Positions 43,309 to 55,868 of a stretch of DNA of 64,000 bases are shown piece after piece. The translations under genes and the position numbers were made by a program. The first letter of the stretch is position 1. The number at the start of each line of letters is the position of its first letter. The stretch spans positions 384,090,001 through 384,154,000 of the forward strand of contig CM097882.1 of assembly GCA_044892505.1 (NCBI GenBank), in the 5' to 3' direction. Origin of the DNA: Schmidtea nova. Its lineage: Eukaryota. A model generated the notes under the pieces. The model was not told the origin of the DNA, did no database searches, and worked only from the letters and a program-made list of their open reading frames with translations.

Positions 43309-46300
43309 AAAGTTTATAATGATGATACAGTTTTCATCGATCATACAATGATAATACCACCCAGAGCAGAAACAGTATGTTTCGTGTCCACTAGCGAACA
43401 GTGGGAAGGAGAAGTTGTATTCGAACCAGATGAAAGGTTCTCAGCAAAATATAATCTACCAATTACGCATAGCGTTGGTAAAGTTGAAAATGGCAGAATA
43501 CCAATTCGGGTAGCCAATTTAGATATAAAACCATTAAAATTGTATCCAGATACAAGAGTAGGGAGAGTATCAAAGTCTGATCAATTACCGAATGGAGGAT
43601 CTGTCCTGACAATAAAGGCAGAAAATAGAGAACCAGACATTGAGTACTATGATGCGCCAACGGCAAATAGTAAAGCTCTTTCACGAAGAGAGAATATCCA
43701 AGTCAACATGTTATTAAGAAAATATGATCAGGTATTCGCCAAGCACGAATATGATTTGGGAAAGACGAACTTGTTGGAACATGAAATTGTTCTTAACAAT
43801 ACGAAACCAATAAAACTGAGACCGTATCGAATTCCGTTTAGCTTGGAAGAACCTGTCGATAAGCAGGTAAAACTGATGTTAAAACATAACATCATCAGGC
43901 ATAGTAAATCACCATACCAGTCACCAATGATAGTAGTGGCAAAAAAGGATGGAACAGTACGACTATGCAACGATTATCGAATGGTAAACGAAGCAACTTG
44001 CAAGGATAGTCACCCATTACCATTACTGGATTACATCTACGGTCGTATGAGAAATTCAAAATATTTCTCAGTATTGGATGCTCAGAAGGGGTTTTACCAA
44101 ATCAAGTTAAAAGAGGAGACAATACCAATTACGGCTTTTTCTACAAGCCTTGGACACTTCGAATATACAGTAATGCCATTTGGTCTCACAGGAGCGCCGG
44201 CAACGTTTCAAAGAGCAATGAATCTAATGTTAATGGATGTTCATCATGCAATGGTATAAATAGATGACATCATAGTATTTTCTCCAGATTTGGAAAAACA
44301 TTTAGAACATTTAGAGGACGTATTCAAAAGGTTAATTAATGCAAATCTTAAGGTAAAACCATCAAAATGTAAATGGGCCGAATCAGAAGTAGTCTATGTC
44401 GGTCACATTATCTCGAAGGATGGAGTAAAACCAGATCCAGCAAATGTTGAGAAAGCAAAGAATTTTCCAGAGCCAAAGACAGTCAAACATATTAAAGGGT
44501 TTTTGGGCTTAGTGGGATATTACAGGAAGTTCATCAGGAACTTTTCGGCAATAGCATTTCCTTTAACACAATTAGAGGGCAAAAATGTCAAATTTGTATG
44601 GGGAAAAGAGAAACAGGAAGCATTTGATATGCTAAAGAGGATGCTCGTGGAACCTCCTATATTACGGTTTCCAGATTTTGAGAAACAATTTTTGGTCATG
44701 ACAGACGCCAGCACTCGGGGTATTGGTGCTGTGTTAGGTCAGAGAGATGACCTAGGAGACGAATACGCCATAGCGTATGCTAGCAGAGGATTAAAACCAC
44801 ATGAAAAGAATTACGCAGTTATCGAATTAGAAGCATTAGCAATTGTGTATGCTATACACCAATTCAGGACATATTTATGGGGTCGAAAGATCATTGTGTA
44901 TACGGATCATAGACCATTACAGTGGTTAACAAAGCATACTATGGATACATCAAAATTGGTTAGATGGGCACTGATCTTGCAGCCATACGACATCGAAATA
45001 CATTACCGAAAAGGACACCAAAATGGGAATGCAGATGCATTTTCTCGAATGGACCAGGGTGATGAAGCAGAAGATGTCAAAGAAGGAAGATTAGAAGGAA
45101 CAATCTTCGCACTTACAAGAGAAGCAAACAGACTCGCGGATTTAATGGCAGCACAACAATCGGATGAAGAGATAAACCAAATCAGACAGGCTTTAGAAGC
45201 AAAGTTCATACCGACGGAATTTAATAAATATTGGGAGAAAAATCGAGACAAATTTATCCTTGAAGAAGGATTAGTCAAATATGTGGATGTAAGGGATAAT
45301 GTCAAAATGGTCCCTAAGAAATATCGCGAAGCTTTGATGTTACAATATCATGATGGAGCACTGGGAGGGCATTTGTCTGCCAGGAAAACATTGTCAAGGT
45401 TGAAGCAGAAATATTTCTGGCCGACAATCAAACAAGACATACAGGAATGGTGTCAGACATGTAAGATCTGTATCACCAGGAGAAATACGGGGAAGAAACC
45501 GCATGTGCCAATGAAACCAATGCCAGTACCATCCACACCGATGGAAATGACGGCAATGGATGTTTTAGGGCCATTCAAAGAATCAAATAGTGGTAACAAA
45601 TACATATTAGTATTTTGCGATTACTTGACAAAATGACCGGAGGCTTATCCGATACCGAATCACAAGGCAGATACGATAGCCAGGATTTTCGTAGAGCAAA
45701 TCGTTTTTAGGTATGGAGTACCTACAAAACTACTAACAGATAGAGGAGCAGATTTCATGAGTAATCTGTTAAAAGGAATAAATGATTATTTCGACATTTT
45801 AAAATTGAATACCTCTCCATACCATCCACAAACAGACGGATTGGTAGAGAGATTTAACGGAACGCTTGCAAATATGCTAGCATCATACGTAAATTCAGGG
45901 CAAACGGATTGGGATATACATATCCCATCATGCCTATTCGCATATAGAAATGCTGTTCATGAGGGTACGGGACAGACGCCGTTCTATCTCATGTATTTAA
46001 GGCAAAGTAAAATGCCTATAGATTTGTTGTTCTTCCCAAAAGCAACACAGTATCTAGACCAAGAAAATTACCTCATGGAAATGAGAGAAAGAATGCAAGA
46101 AGCATGGACAAAAGCCGGTCTTAGTATAAAATTCAGCCAGGAAGCGTCGAAAGATTATCATGATAAGAAAGCCAAAGGACATGGCATGTTAGTTGGAGAC
46201 AAGGTGATGTTGGAAAGCCATTATAATAAAAAGGGCTTATCACCAAAATTAATGAGAAACTTCAAAGGACCGTATGAGGTTTTGAGAACCACAGACACAA

Positions 46301-47391
46301 ATTTAATCTTGCAATTAGTAGCAAATAGAAAAGCTGAACCAATAATGGTACATGCTAACAGATGCAAGAAAGTTGCGGTCACAGAGAAAGATCAGGTTAA
46401 GAAAAGGGAGGATAAAGGGTCAGAACCAGTCTCAGACCGATATCCATTACGATCAAGGGGCGTGCCAAAATCAGTTACATTTTTGGTAATAATAAGTTGC
46501 CTCATATCCTGTGTAAAGACATTTGTTCCCACAGCGGTTCAAATCCAAGATCTCGCATTCAGAAGATCTTTTCAGGAATTTCGGATAATATCATTAGCTG
46601 AAAATGATACCAAATTCAAGTTCTCGTTTTGCGAACGACGTTGTTTCCATTTTACATTGGATTCAAACACAAGAGTGAAAGTCATAAAGGACTTACGAGC
46701 AGAAAAGGAATATTTATTAGATATACTTGTTCAACATTTTATGTTTGGACGATGGTCAGATTTTTCAAAGTCACAATGGAAGCTGAAGACAGCGGATTTC
46801 AAAAGGAAAGTTAGAATAAATATCCAACAAGGTATGATTACCTTCAGCCAACCAAAACAAGGAGTGGATAGGGTAAAGATAGAAATCCATTCCGACAAGG
46901 AAATAGTACAAGAATTGTGGCTAAATGAAGATATTGAGAAACAAAATCTCAAGTGGAACAGCTCAGTGGAGTGGGAAGCTCATATCACTTATATGAATAA
47001 TAAACAAAAGCCCGGAGTCGATGAATGGAATGAGGTATTTTATGAAGTAATCTCTTTGAAATTACCTCAATCATCGACGACAACGAAATCAGTTACATCC
47101 TTGATACGGAAAGAAAGTTACGTCATTCATCCGGCAATATGGCAGAGATTGAAAGGATTGAAAATGGTAAAACCAACAGTATCAACAGAAAGCTATATTA
47201 AAAGTTGTCAGTGTGAAATTAATGAAGTAAACCCCATTACTCACTTGGGAAAATTACCCGTTGGGGTATGGATTATTACGTCAGCAGTATTAGCTATGAT
47301 CACTACATTGATAGCAATGGGAGTTTGGATGAAACTATTCTTCAGCCAGGCTATTGAGTCGGTTGATGGGATTATGATGACGAGATTATGA
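43309..47391 (+). pseudogene. Pol (RT, RNase H, integrase with HHCC and GPY) plus a C-terminal membrane protein; same frame throughout, interrupted by stops at 43306, 44257 and 45634
   Basis: RLCNDYR, LDAQKGFYQI, V*IDD (YIDD), TDASTRGIG, YTDHRPL, HDGALGGH..CQTC, LTDRGADF, NGLVERFN and KGPY. Confidence 0.95.
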
Positions 47392-47577
47392 CAATTACAG
47401 ATAAAATCACATATTTGTATTTATATATATATTAAAATCTATAATCTTGTTGAGCTCCGAGTAGCATTAACTTACAGCATAAGTAGATCCCGTAAATCGA
47501 GATTTATGCATTTCTTTTTAGCCAATATTGGCATATCAGTATATCTGATATTAACGTTAATTATTTTTCTTTCAGAT

Positions 47578-49542
47578 ATGAAGCATCAAGTGTCACAATA
47601 CAAGCAGCGTTATAGCACTATCGATGTGCAAACAGTACAGAAGGAAAAATTGATTTATCGAAACATCGAAAAAGCGATATCCGCAGAAGCACGGAAAGGT
47701 CGTCGCTATTGGTATTACGGGCACTGCACCGGCATCCCGAACAATTTTAAGTTTCTTGGATCACCTAAGAGACAAATGTGCATAGTCACAATTACCAGCC
47801 GGGAGAACACCCGGTTGACTGAACACATGGCGGAATTTAACAGATCAACATTTACTCACCATCTCCTGATTCACGCGATCAACAAACCCTTTACAATCTT
47901 CATGGCAGGTGCCACGGGACCCATCCTACTTCAACCAGAATCAACTCTAGAAATTAGTAACGGAGATGGCAGAGAAAAGAATATCTCCATCCAATGTGAC
48001 GGATATAATACTATTGTGGTATTAGAGATTTTGGAACCCAGCAAGGCAGTGCAATCATTGTGGAAAAATGAACCTGCCTGGACCTATAATGTGAATGAGA
48101 ACGATCTCAAGTCATTCAAATCCTTTGTTCGGATGAATTTGCACCCCAATCAAGAAGATAAATTGTCAATATTTGTTGCAGCGCATTACGCAACCTTGCG
48201 AGATTATTTAAAGCCAGCTTTGGTGGCTGTTTCGATAGCAAACTACTGTGGTGATTTAATACTAAACACGGTGGTTACACCCAGAAACCAGGTCAAACAT
48301 TACCAATCGCACGCGCATGGTATGACCGAAAAAGAAATCATCGGACAATTTGACGGAGAGGATTGCGCAGACCGTATTAGAAAATTATGTGATGGGAAAA
48401 TCCTAATAGTTCTCCAAGTCAACGACTTCTTGGAAGCAGTCCAGTTACATCCTCAACGAGTTTTGGGCATTAGGGAACTAGGAGCAGCAAAATGCCTGGA
48501 AGCGAGAGAACTAAAGAAATGTAACGGACATTATCGACTCGCGTATTTATCAAAGTCAATTCTCGAAAAGGAAGAACTAAACCGTTCAGATCTGAAAACG
48601 GAAAACGACGTGGAAACGACACGTAATATTTACCTTAAACTGAGAGAAGTTTGGGTAGATGACATTACCCCAGGTAATCTTAGTGGGACGATTACATCAG
48701 AAGTCAAAATGGTTCATACAATACAGCCGCAAGAAACGAGTAAAAGGAAAGCTATTGAGAGCTTACCCCAGGAACAGCCATTATCAACCAAATTGCAAAA
48801 GATAGTTAAGGAAGAATCACTATCCCCTCCAGCTATATCCTTAGCTGATGAAGACGATTACGCCACCTGTGAAAGCGAGGGTGAGGAGCAAACAGAGATG
48901 CGTTTAACTTTACACGGAGACAGCCGTACAATTACAAAGATCGTGTCAGAAAATCCACCAAAGAAAGAGAACAAGCTCTTGGAAAAAGTTACTAAGACTT
49001 TTCAAAAACTGACTTCAGTGGAGAAGTCGTCCCCAAAGAAAAGTCAAGAACCTGTTGTAAGGTTACAAGATCTAAAGATCAAAAAGAAAGTACCAAACCC
49101 TATCTCGACGGAAGACAAAGACTTAATCGAAACAGCATTCGTTCCTCCCGATATGGAACAGATTCCTGAGGTTAAGGGCGAACCTATCATTATAAGAGAA
49201 AGGGATTTCGTTGGAACGGGGAATTCAGCAAAGACACCCCAGGATTTGGATAACGAAGACCCTAGTTTTTGGCAGCGACCAGAAAGGAATTGGGTATCTC
49301 GGATAAAAGAATACGACGGGAAACCGGTACACCAATCATCAGTTTCAAACTTCCCTTACTATGGCGTATTGGAGGCCAACGGAAAATCATACGTGATTTC
49401 GTCTTTGGTATATAAGGAAGTCGAAACACGTGAAACATTGGTGGTCAGCTATAGACCAGATATAGTGGAAGACCGTATCAAGAACGAACAAGCGCATATT
49501 CGCAAGAGAGCAGCTCAAAACCTATTCGCAAAGGATAACTAG
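47578..49542 (+). CDS. Accessory ORF3 (~654 aa), probably spliced: degenerate AlkB-like + degenerate ISG20/REX4-like exonuclease + low-complexity tail
   Basis: Strong acceptor TTATTTTTCTTTCAG|ATATG. The exonuclease-like block VAVSIANYCGDLILNTVVTPRNQVKHYQSHAHGMTEKEI...IRKLCDGKILI parallels ISG20. The AlkB-like call is weaker. Confidence 0.65.
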   Translation: MKHQVSQYKQRYSTIDVQTVQKEKLIYRNIEKAISAEARKGRRYWYYGHCTGIPNNFKFLGSPKRQMCIVTITSRENTRLTEHMAEFNRSTFTHHLLIHAINKPFTIFMAGATGPILLQPESTLEISNGDGREKNISIQCDGYNTIVVLEILEPSKAVQSLWKNEPAWTYNVNENDLKSFKSFVRMNLHPNQEDKLSIFVAAHYATLRDYLKPALVAVSIANYCGDLILNTVVTPRNQVKHYQSHAHGMTEKEIIGQFDGEDCADRIRKLCDGKILIVLQVNDFLEAVQLHPQRVLGIRELGAAKCLEARELKKCNGHYRLAYLSKSILEKEELNRSDLKTENDVETTRNIYLKLREVWVDDITPGNLSGTITSEVKMVHTIQPQETSKRKAIESLPQEQPLSTKLQKIVKEESLSPPAISLADEDDYATCESEGEEQTEMRLTLHGDSRTITKIVSENPPKKENKLLEKVTKTFQKLTSVEKSSPKKSQEPVVRLQDLKIKKKVPNPISTEDKDLIETAFVPPDMEQIPEVKGEPIIIRERDFVGTGNSAKTPQDLDNEDPSFWQRPERNWVSRIKEYDGKPVHQSSVSNFPYYGVLEANGKSYVISSLVYKEVETRETLVVSYRPDIVEDRIKNEQAHIRKRAAQNLFAKDN

Positions 49543-49831
49543 CATTTCTGCTACGTTCAATCCAAGGTCTAGCAATAAGCTATGACAACTATCAATCAAA
49601 CAATTAGCATTTCGGCTATGTAATCAACAATCCAACTCTTACAGACAGTTATTATTTGATATCGATTGTGATCAACATTACTTATGTATTATGTGTTTTA
49701 TGAGACTCATTTGTTTTTATGCGATTTATTTTAATTTTTATTGACCACGTGCATTTAATGTATATATATGCATGTGTTGTTATTTTATTTTTATTTTATG
49801 GCTGCGTAACCTTCTTGTCTTTTCCGCTTTA

Positions 49832-49866
49832 ATTTTCGGGACGAAAATCTTGTTAGGGGGAAGACA
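49832..49866 (+). promoter_or_regulatory. GGA-loop hairpin and polypurine tract before the 3' LTR
   Basis: ATTTTCG-GGA-CGAAAAT, then AGGGGGAAGACA immediately before TGTTAGGG. Confidence 0.85.
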
Positions 49867-50910
49867 TGTTAGGGTTCGAGATCAAGGGATCTCGGGTTTT
49901 TGTAATTAAATATTATAAGTAAATAAATAAATATAAATAGCAATTAAGAATTACTATAAATAGATAGATAATAATTATAGTAATAAATAAATAGATAAAT
50001 AGTAATAGTAAATAAATAATTACTATAAATAAATATAGATTAAATATAGTAATAATTAAATAGTATATAATAAATATAGTAATAAATAAATACATGATAA
50101 ATTTAAATAATAATAATAAGTTATATATAGTAATAATAAATTACTTTCAATAAAAATATAATAATTATAAATATTTTTAAAGGCAGTGGTAAAACACCAC
50201 CGCAGTTTTAAGAGATGATGATGAGCGTAGTAGTGTGTAAACCTACTATCGTTCAAATTGTATATATACTGATTACAAAATCAGTTGAAAAAAACATAAT
50301 TTTTACAGAAGTGAATTTTAGAACATAAGTGTTTACAGAATAGTGAATTTTAGTTCAAAGTTAAATTTGCGTGGAGAGAATAATTTTACAGAATTTCATT
50401 TGTGATAATTTTCCGAAATTGGAATAACCTTTGAGCAAATTATTAGCTGGTAAATTTTCTAGTTTGATTTAATTCTATAAATCGATCACGGGGAAATAGT
50501 TATATTACTATTTTTCCTCTTCAGTAAAGTCGTTAAATAATAAATTATTAGAAGGGAAATTATTAGGTCACAGTGACAACCATTTCTGGGTTGTCACTAT
50601 CGCGATTAAACTACCGGGAAACCCCTCATCTTGTGTCCTTTCCTTTAGTCGGAGCTGTTGAGCCTTTTAGGTCCAGCTTTCGTTCTTAAACTCTGAGGAC
50701 GGTTTGTATAACCGATTTTCTAACTTTTGCTTTGCAGCTATTTTTATTATATTGTACATTGATATACATATTTCACAATACATTTTATTAAAAGGAATTA
50801 GTTCTTGTTTTCTTTACACACAACCTAAAACATATATTTTATTTATAACTATATAAGCGGATTATCGTTTGGAGTCCGATAATCAAATCAAATCAAATCA
50901 AATCAAATCA

Positions 50911-50963
<53 letters not shown>

Positions 50964-50999
50964 CTGTGTTCGTCGTAATCCACTGATACGAACCGAACA
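49867..50999 (+). repeat. 3' LTR (1,133 bp)
   Basis: Direct repeat of 35889-37031. Confidence 0.97.
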
Positions 51000-51320
51000 C
51001 TGTGGTGTTAACTGAATTGCAAGTTTTTGAACATCCACTCTTCGAACAACAAAGGTTTCGGCTCATTGTTGTAAAATCCATTCGAAAATCATATCTTCCA
51101 ATTCATTATGTAACGGTTTCCTTCCTGTACCAACACGCCGGACTTTAAAATTTCCAGTATCTCTTTGTTGAATGAGATTGTCATATTCTTCTCTCCATCG
51201 TCGAACCATCTTCTAATCAAGATTATTCTCATTACAAAATGTTGTTAAACATTTTCCCCTTGATTCTTCTACAATATTTATTTTATATTCAACTGAATAG
51301 CTTTGTCTAGTTCCTGCCAT
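51000..51320 (-). pseudogene. pogo transposase N-terminal part (two stops)
   Basis: Reads MAGTRQSYSVEYKINIVEE...MVRRWREE...GTGRKPLHNELEDMIFEWI. Confidence 0.88.
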
Positions 51321-51659
51321 TTTGTATGGATTAATTTTTTAAAAAAATTTATTCAATTTTATCAAATAGTTATTAATATTAATATAACTATGTTTTTAAT
51401 TTTTAACAATATATAACGATCTGAAATTTTATTTAATATATATCAAAAAACAAAATTGCTAGGGCTTAATTTCGGAGTTAGGGCTACAATATAATTTTTT
51501 TTAATTGTGTTAGGGCTTAATTTCGGAGAAACACGGTAGTATATCTGAATATAACTCTCAAAATTGCGAATGTATAAGTTTACTAAATGAAATTAACAGC
51601 CACTATGATGTAAGTGGAAGTAGTAGTGAAGAAAGATGACTACCAATTGATTCAAGTAT

Positions 51660-52927
51660 GTGTTCAATGAATTACAGGGATTCAATTATCAGATATGATG
51701 CTATGGGAGGCAGACCTAGCGTTGATGTTACTATGAATGGTAGATGTTTGGTAGAGCAAATATCAGTGTCAAAGATCGCAATATGATTGATAAATGTTAT
51801 ATGAATAATGACAGAAAGAGTAAGATGAAAGTAAAATGTGTAAATGACAGTCCCCTTAATATTTTTGGAACTATTATGATAAACATTAAAATTCAGGGAA
51901 TAAAAGAAAGTAAAGATACACAATTTTTTATAGCAGATGAAATTAGACCTCAACTAATTGGTGTAATGAACTTCCTAGATAAATTTGGTATCTGGTTGAA
52001 TATAGATGATTGTATAAATGATAGACTGATTCGTAAGACAAAGTTATCGAAATTGTCGGTAAATTTCATAGAAGAAGGAATTACTGAAAGGAAAGTTAAA
52101 GATATAGTAATTAATAATTTAATAAACAATTACGACAATGTTTTTATGAAACACAAGTAGGATGTGGGGAAAACTGACTTAATGAAACACGAAATAATTA
52201 CTGAGAGAAAATCTTTAGCACTCAACCCAAGAAGACAACTGACTCAGCTACTGGATAAAATCGATGAACAAATAAAATAAATGGAAAGGTTTGTCATTAT
52301 CAAGGAATGTGAATCACCATGGAATACACCATTAGTATGTGTGAAGAAAAAAGGAAAGATGATATTAGAATATGCTTAGACTATAGATCACTAAATAACG
52401 TAGCAGAAAGATCGGTGTTCCCAATGTCAAACATGAATGAATTATAAGATGTTTTGAATGGATCAAAGTATTTTTCTATAGTCGATCTGGGAAATGCATA
52501 TTATCAAGTTAACTAGAAGAAGAGTCTAAAATTAAAACAGCATTTTCAACTAAAAATAAGCAGTATTGTTTTAATAGAAACCTTTCGGAATTGCAGCAGC
52601 ATTAGGAACATTTCAAAAACTCATGAATAGAGTACTAGGAGAATTGAATTAGATAGAAGCGGTAGTAAACTTAGATGATATTCTGATTTTCTCAAAAACA
52701 TTAGATGATCATTATAGATCGATAGAAAAAGTATTTCTGAAGATTGAAAAAGCGGGATTAAATATCAGCCCATAAAAGAGCTATTTTAAAAGAAAAGAAA
52801 TTAAATTTGTGAGGTATATAATAAATAAAGAAAGCATTCAAACGGATCCTAATAAAATTAAGGCAATAAAAGAATTTGATAGACCGAAATGCTTAAAATA
52901 TTAGGAAGTTTCTTAGGACTAGCCAAT
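51660..52927 (+). pseudogene. Gypsy element B protease/RT relic
   Basis: GRPSVDVTMNG, CESPWNTPLVCV, DYRSLN, DLGNAYYQV, LDDILIFS and FLGLAN; many stops and frameshifts. Confidence 0.88.
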
Positions 52928-54177
52928 TGTTGGGCCAGGCAAATCAGAGAGAATTTAAAAAGAAAACTAAAATCAATATAATAAATAACATAGAAACAAC
53001 GACCAAATAAATTTACTAAGCACTAAGTATTTAGCAATATGCAGCAGAAGCATAAAGTAATGAAGCATGAATCAAAATAGATAATAACATTAGAAACTCA
53101 CCCATGCGGAATACCAATAACTTGAAAATCTGACAAGGCGGGGGCAGATATCACCGAGAATCTACAATAAAACAAATATTAACAAAAGATTCACGGATGA
53201 TTAAACAACAACTTACCGAATTAGGTACACGAAAAAAAACATTAAAAATGAAATGCAAACAATATCTTCACGCCCACTAAATTCTGATTGGCTAGCCGGC
53301 AACACAATTCAGTTTAAATACTGCAGTCAAATTCAGTAAGTCAGTCATTTATCACCAGTCATTTTTACCAAGTGTAAATTTTCACTGAGAGTCATTTATT
53401 CTACTTTGTGGAATCAAATCGAAATAAAAGGTACGGTTATATTCTTATGTTATTATTATAAACCCTCATGCTTAAAATTCATAAGATTGTCCCGAAGGTC
53501 ATACGATCTGACGGGATCTCGGCCTCTCAGCGCAACACATTCTTATGTGAGGGCTGATGCGGCGAGAGAGATAAGCGACTAAACGGGGGAAGGGTGCACA
53601 TAGACATAAGTAAATTCTGTAGTAACTGAATGATATGAGGATATGTTCAGGGGTAGTAAATACCTATCAGCTCACATGTTAATTATTCCATCTCCGATTT
53701 GCATAGACAGTATTGTAGAGTAAAAGGCTGCATGCACCAGTAATAGGTAAACCCATACTGAAATCAGTCGTATTCCAAGTATATGAGAGAAATGATAGCC
53801 CATAATAAGCCGAAAAAAATTTGCAAATCAGTGTTAGACAAATTTAATCTGTGATCACCGATAAATCGCATAAGTCAAGCAAATCAGCGCACTGAAGTGA
53901 CGTATACTAGTCTAAAAGTATTGACAAAAACATAGTGTGGTACCGTGTAGGCCGACGTACAATCATCTTTAAAGTAATAACTGTTCACAGATCAGCAATT
54001 TAAAAATCATCGGTGCAATGTAATATCAACAACAATAAATTCTGAGTAAGATTCAATTCACTTCTGAATGTATGGATGTATGATAAGTATGAAAAGGAGG
54101 GATGAAAAAAATGAGGATGATTGAGGATTGAATGAAGAATGTCAGCGTTAAATTATATATTACCTAATTTGCAGCTC

Positions 54178-54725
54178 ATGCCGAAAAGAACTCAGACCAA
54201 GTACCACTGCCAGCCGACAGTGATCAACGTCCTAAATGTCACAACGAGTGACGATATTCCAGTAGAAATCTACAACACAGCTGAGAGGCATATGCGAGCT
54301 TGGAGACGCCGACATGTAAATATGAGAGTGTCCGTCGGGGAGACTCTCTACCGATATCGAATCAGATGGGAAGGTGACCCTGTCTGGCCGGAGATGAAAG
54401 AGGACCATGCCAAGGCTTCACGAGGTGGTTCGTCCATGAAAAGGTCCGTTGGATGCTAACCTTCATCAAAATTCCAATTGGTATTTTCCAACGGCTTGGC
54501 TACACCTTTATTGGCCCTCTAAGATGCATTAAGACAGGGAAAGTGCGACCCTACATCAACTCTCCAGGGCATCGCGACCTGCATCAAGACACATGGGATC
54601 CGAAAACAACCCTACGGGAAGTATTCGTATACAGGGACGAATTATGCTGGATTCCCTGTCCATATTTCTATCACCCGGATGGAACCGGCAAAGAAAACCG
54701 AACCTGCGATCAAGACTGGATTTAA
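54178..54725 (+). pseudogene. ORF1 of the 3-kb element, copy 2 (one frameshift)
   Basis: CTAATTTGCAG|CTCATG; homologous to 3745-4290. Confidence 0.7.
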
Positions 54726-54948
54726 ACCTGACAATCGAATGAAATTTTATGAGATAAAAATAAATTAATAAAATTTTGTGTCTCTTGTTGTTAAATGCAT
54801 GAAAGCTGACAAACTGAGGTCGAAGTATGATGAATAAGAAATGTGATTGTAAAGGTCAAGGGTGGGGAGTGAGAAACAAAAATGAATTCGAGGAATTTAT
54901 TACCCTGAACCTTAGAGTGAACCCAATAATCGACCAAATCCTTTTTAG

Positions 54949-55484
54949 ATGGACTCGACTACTAGCCACCCCAACGAGATACGCTCATTGCAACAACGTA
55001 TCAGAGCATTCAAGAGCCTCGTGAAACGACAGGAGGTAGAAATTAACGAATTGCGGACGACCTAGTTCAGCCCGGAACGGGTCAAGGACATCCAGAAAGG
55101 CCGATACCGGGTGGAGCGGGCTCTAGAGGATCAGACCCGGGAAGTTGCAGCCACTAAGCTGGAACTCAATAACTATTTGAGAGCCTCCACTTTGAGAGTC
55201 CATTGATTCGGACGAGTACCTTCAATCGTTGGGTCAAGTCGGTTGGTGTGTCCAACGGGACACAAACCGATGGAGGTACTTACAGCACACGAGAAATACC
55301 AAGACAATTTTCCAAAACCGAGGGCTCGAAACGCACTAAGCGAAGGAACCGCCTGGGCGCTAAGAGGCGTCGAGAAAGACGGGCGTATGCAGAAAGAATT
55401 GGGATCGAAGTGGATCTCCTGAGTGGATTAACGAAAAGCAACTGCTGGATGTCATCAACCCTACTGTATTGTTGGATTAAATAA
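54949..55484 (+). pseudogene. ORF2 of the 3-kb element, copy 2 (stop plus deletion frameshift)
   Basis: CCTTTTTAG|ATG; KLELNNYLRAST, LIRTSTFNRW and EGSKRTKRRNRLGAKRRRERRAYAE are shared with copy 1. Confidence 0.75.
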
Positions 55485-55868
55485 ATGTATTGTTGTTAAC
55501 GTGTATCTTTAAGAATGAATGGGGAATGAATGATAATTTAAATAACTGAATGATTGAGTATATCCAATTCATTCAAAAGCTAACGGACATGAGGAATATA
55601 AATCAACCCTAGACGGTGAATTAATTAAATGAGAGGGGACCGGGATAAAACCACACAGACCTTCTATCGGTAGTGGTGGACCCGTAAATAATTAAGGGAA
55701 TCGTAGCCGCAAGGTTGCTCACTTGCCTTATCATTTCACAACGTTGATACAGTTAGGGATACATCATGGGTATCAGCGGGGCAAGCGTTTTTATGTTGGC
55801 GAGATTACCCTAACTAATAACATCACTATAATCTCTGTTGAAAAATCCGACCAACAAACCAGCACAAT

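Larger units (their letters stand above)
35889..50999 (+). mobile_element. 15.1-kb Ty3/Gypsy LTR retroelement with env-like and accessory genes
   Basis: TG...CA LTRs, CTGT TSD (35885-35888 and 51000-51003), PBS, PPT and domain order PR-RT-RH-IN. Confidence 0.97.
34737..51536 (-). mobile_element. pogo/Tigger-like DNA transposon (1,685 bp once the LTR element is removed)
   Basis: 24-bp TIRs CTGTGTTTCTCCGAAATCAAGCCC / CCGTGTTTCTCCGAAATTAAGCCC, TA TSDs at 34735-34736 and 51537-51538, and subterminal GGGCTTAATTTCGG repeats. Confidence 0.92.
52928..55864 (+). mobile_element. 2.9-kb TG...CA element with 4-bp TSD (giant solo-LTR-like), copy 2
   Basis: TGTTGGG...CCAGCA flanked by CAAT (52924-52927 and 55865-55868). 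Removing it restores GLANYYRKFIQD of element B pol. Confidence 0.9.

Noticed and set aside
43320-43610. Functional dUTPase between PR and RT
   Set aside because: It resembles the beta-rich spacer common in Gypsy pol, but none of the five dUTPase motifs is recognisable.
43306-45636. TGA-as-Trp recoding or programmed readthrough explaining the pol stops
   Set aside because: The same ORFs use TGG for Trp many times, host UNC119 terminates at TGA, and one stop is a TAA inside the catalytic YIDD motif.
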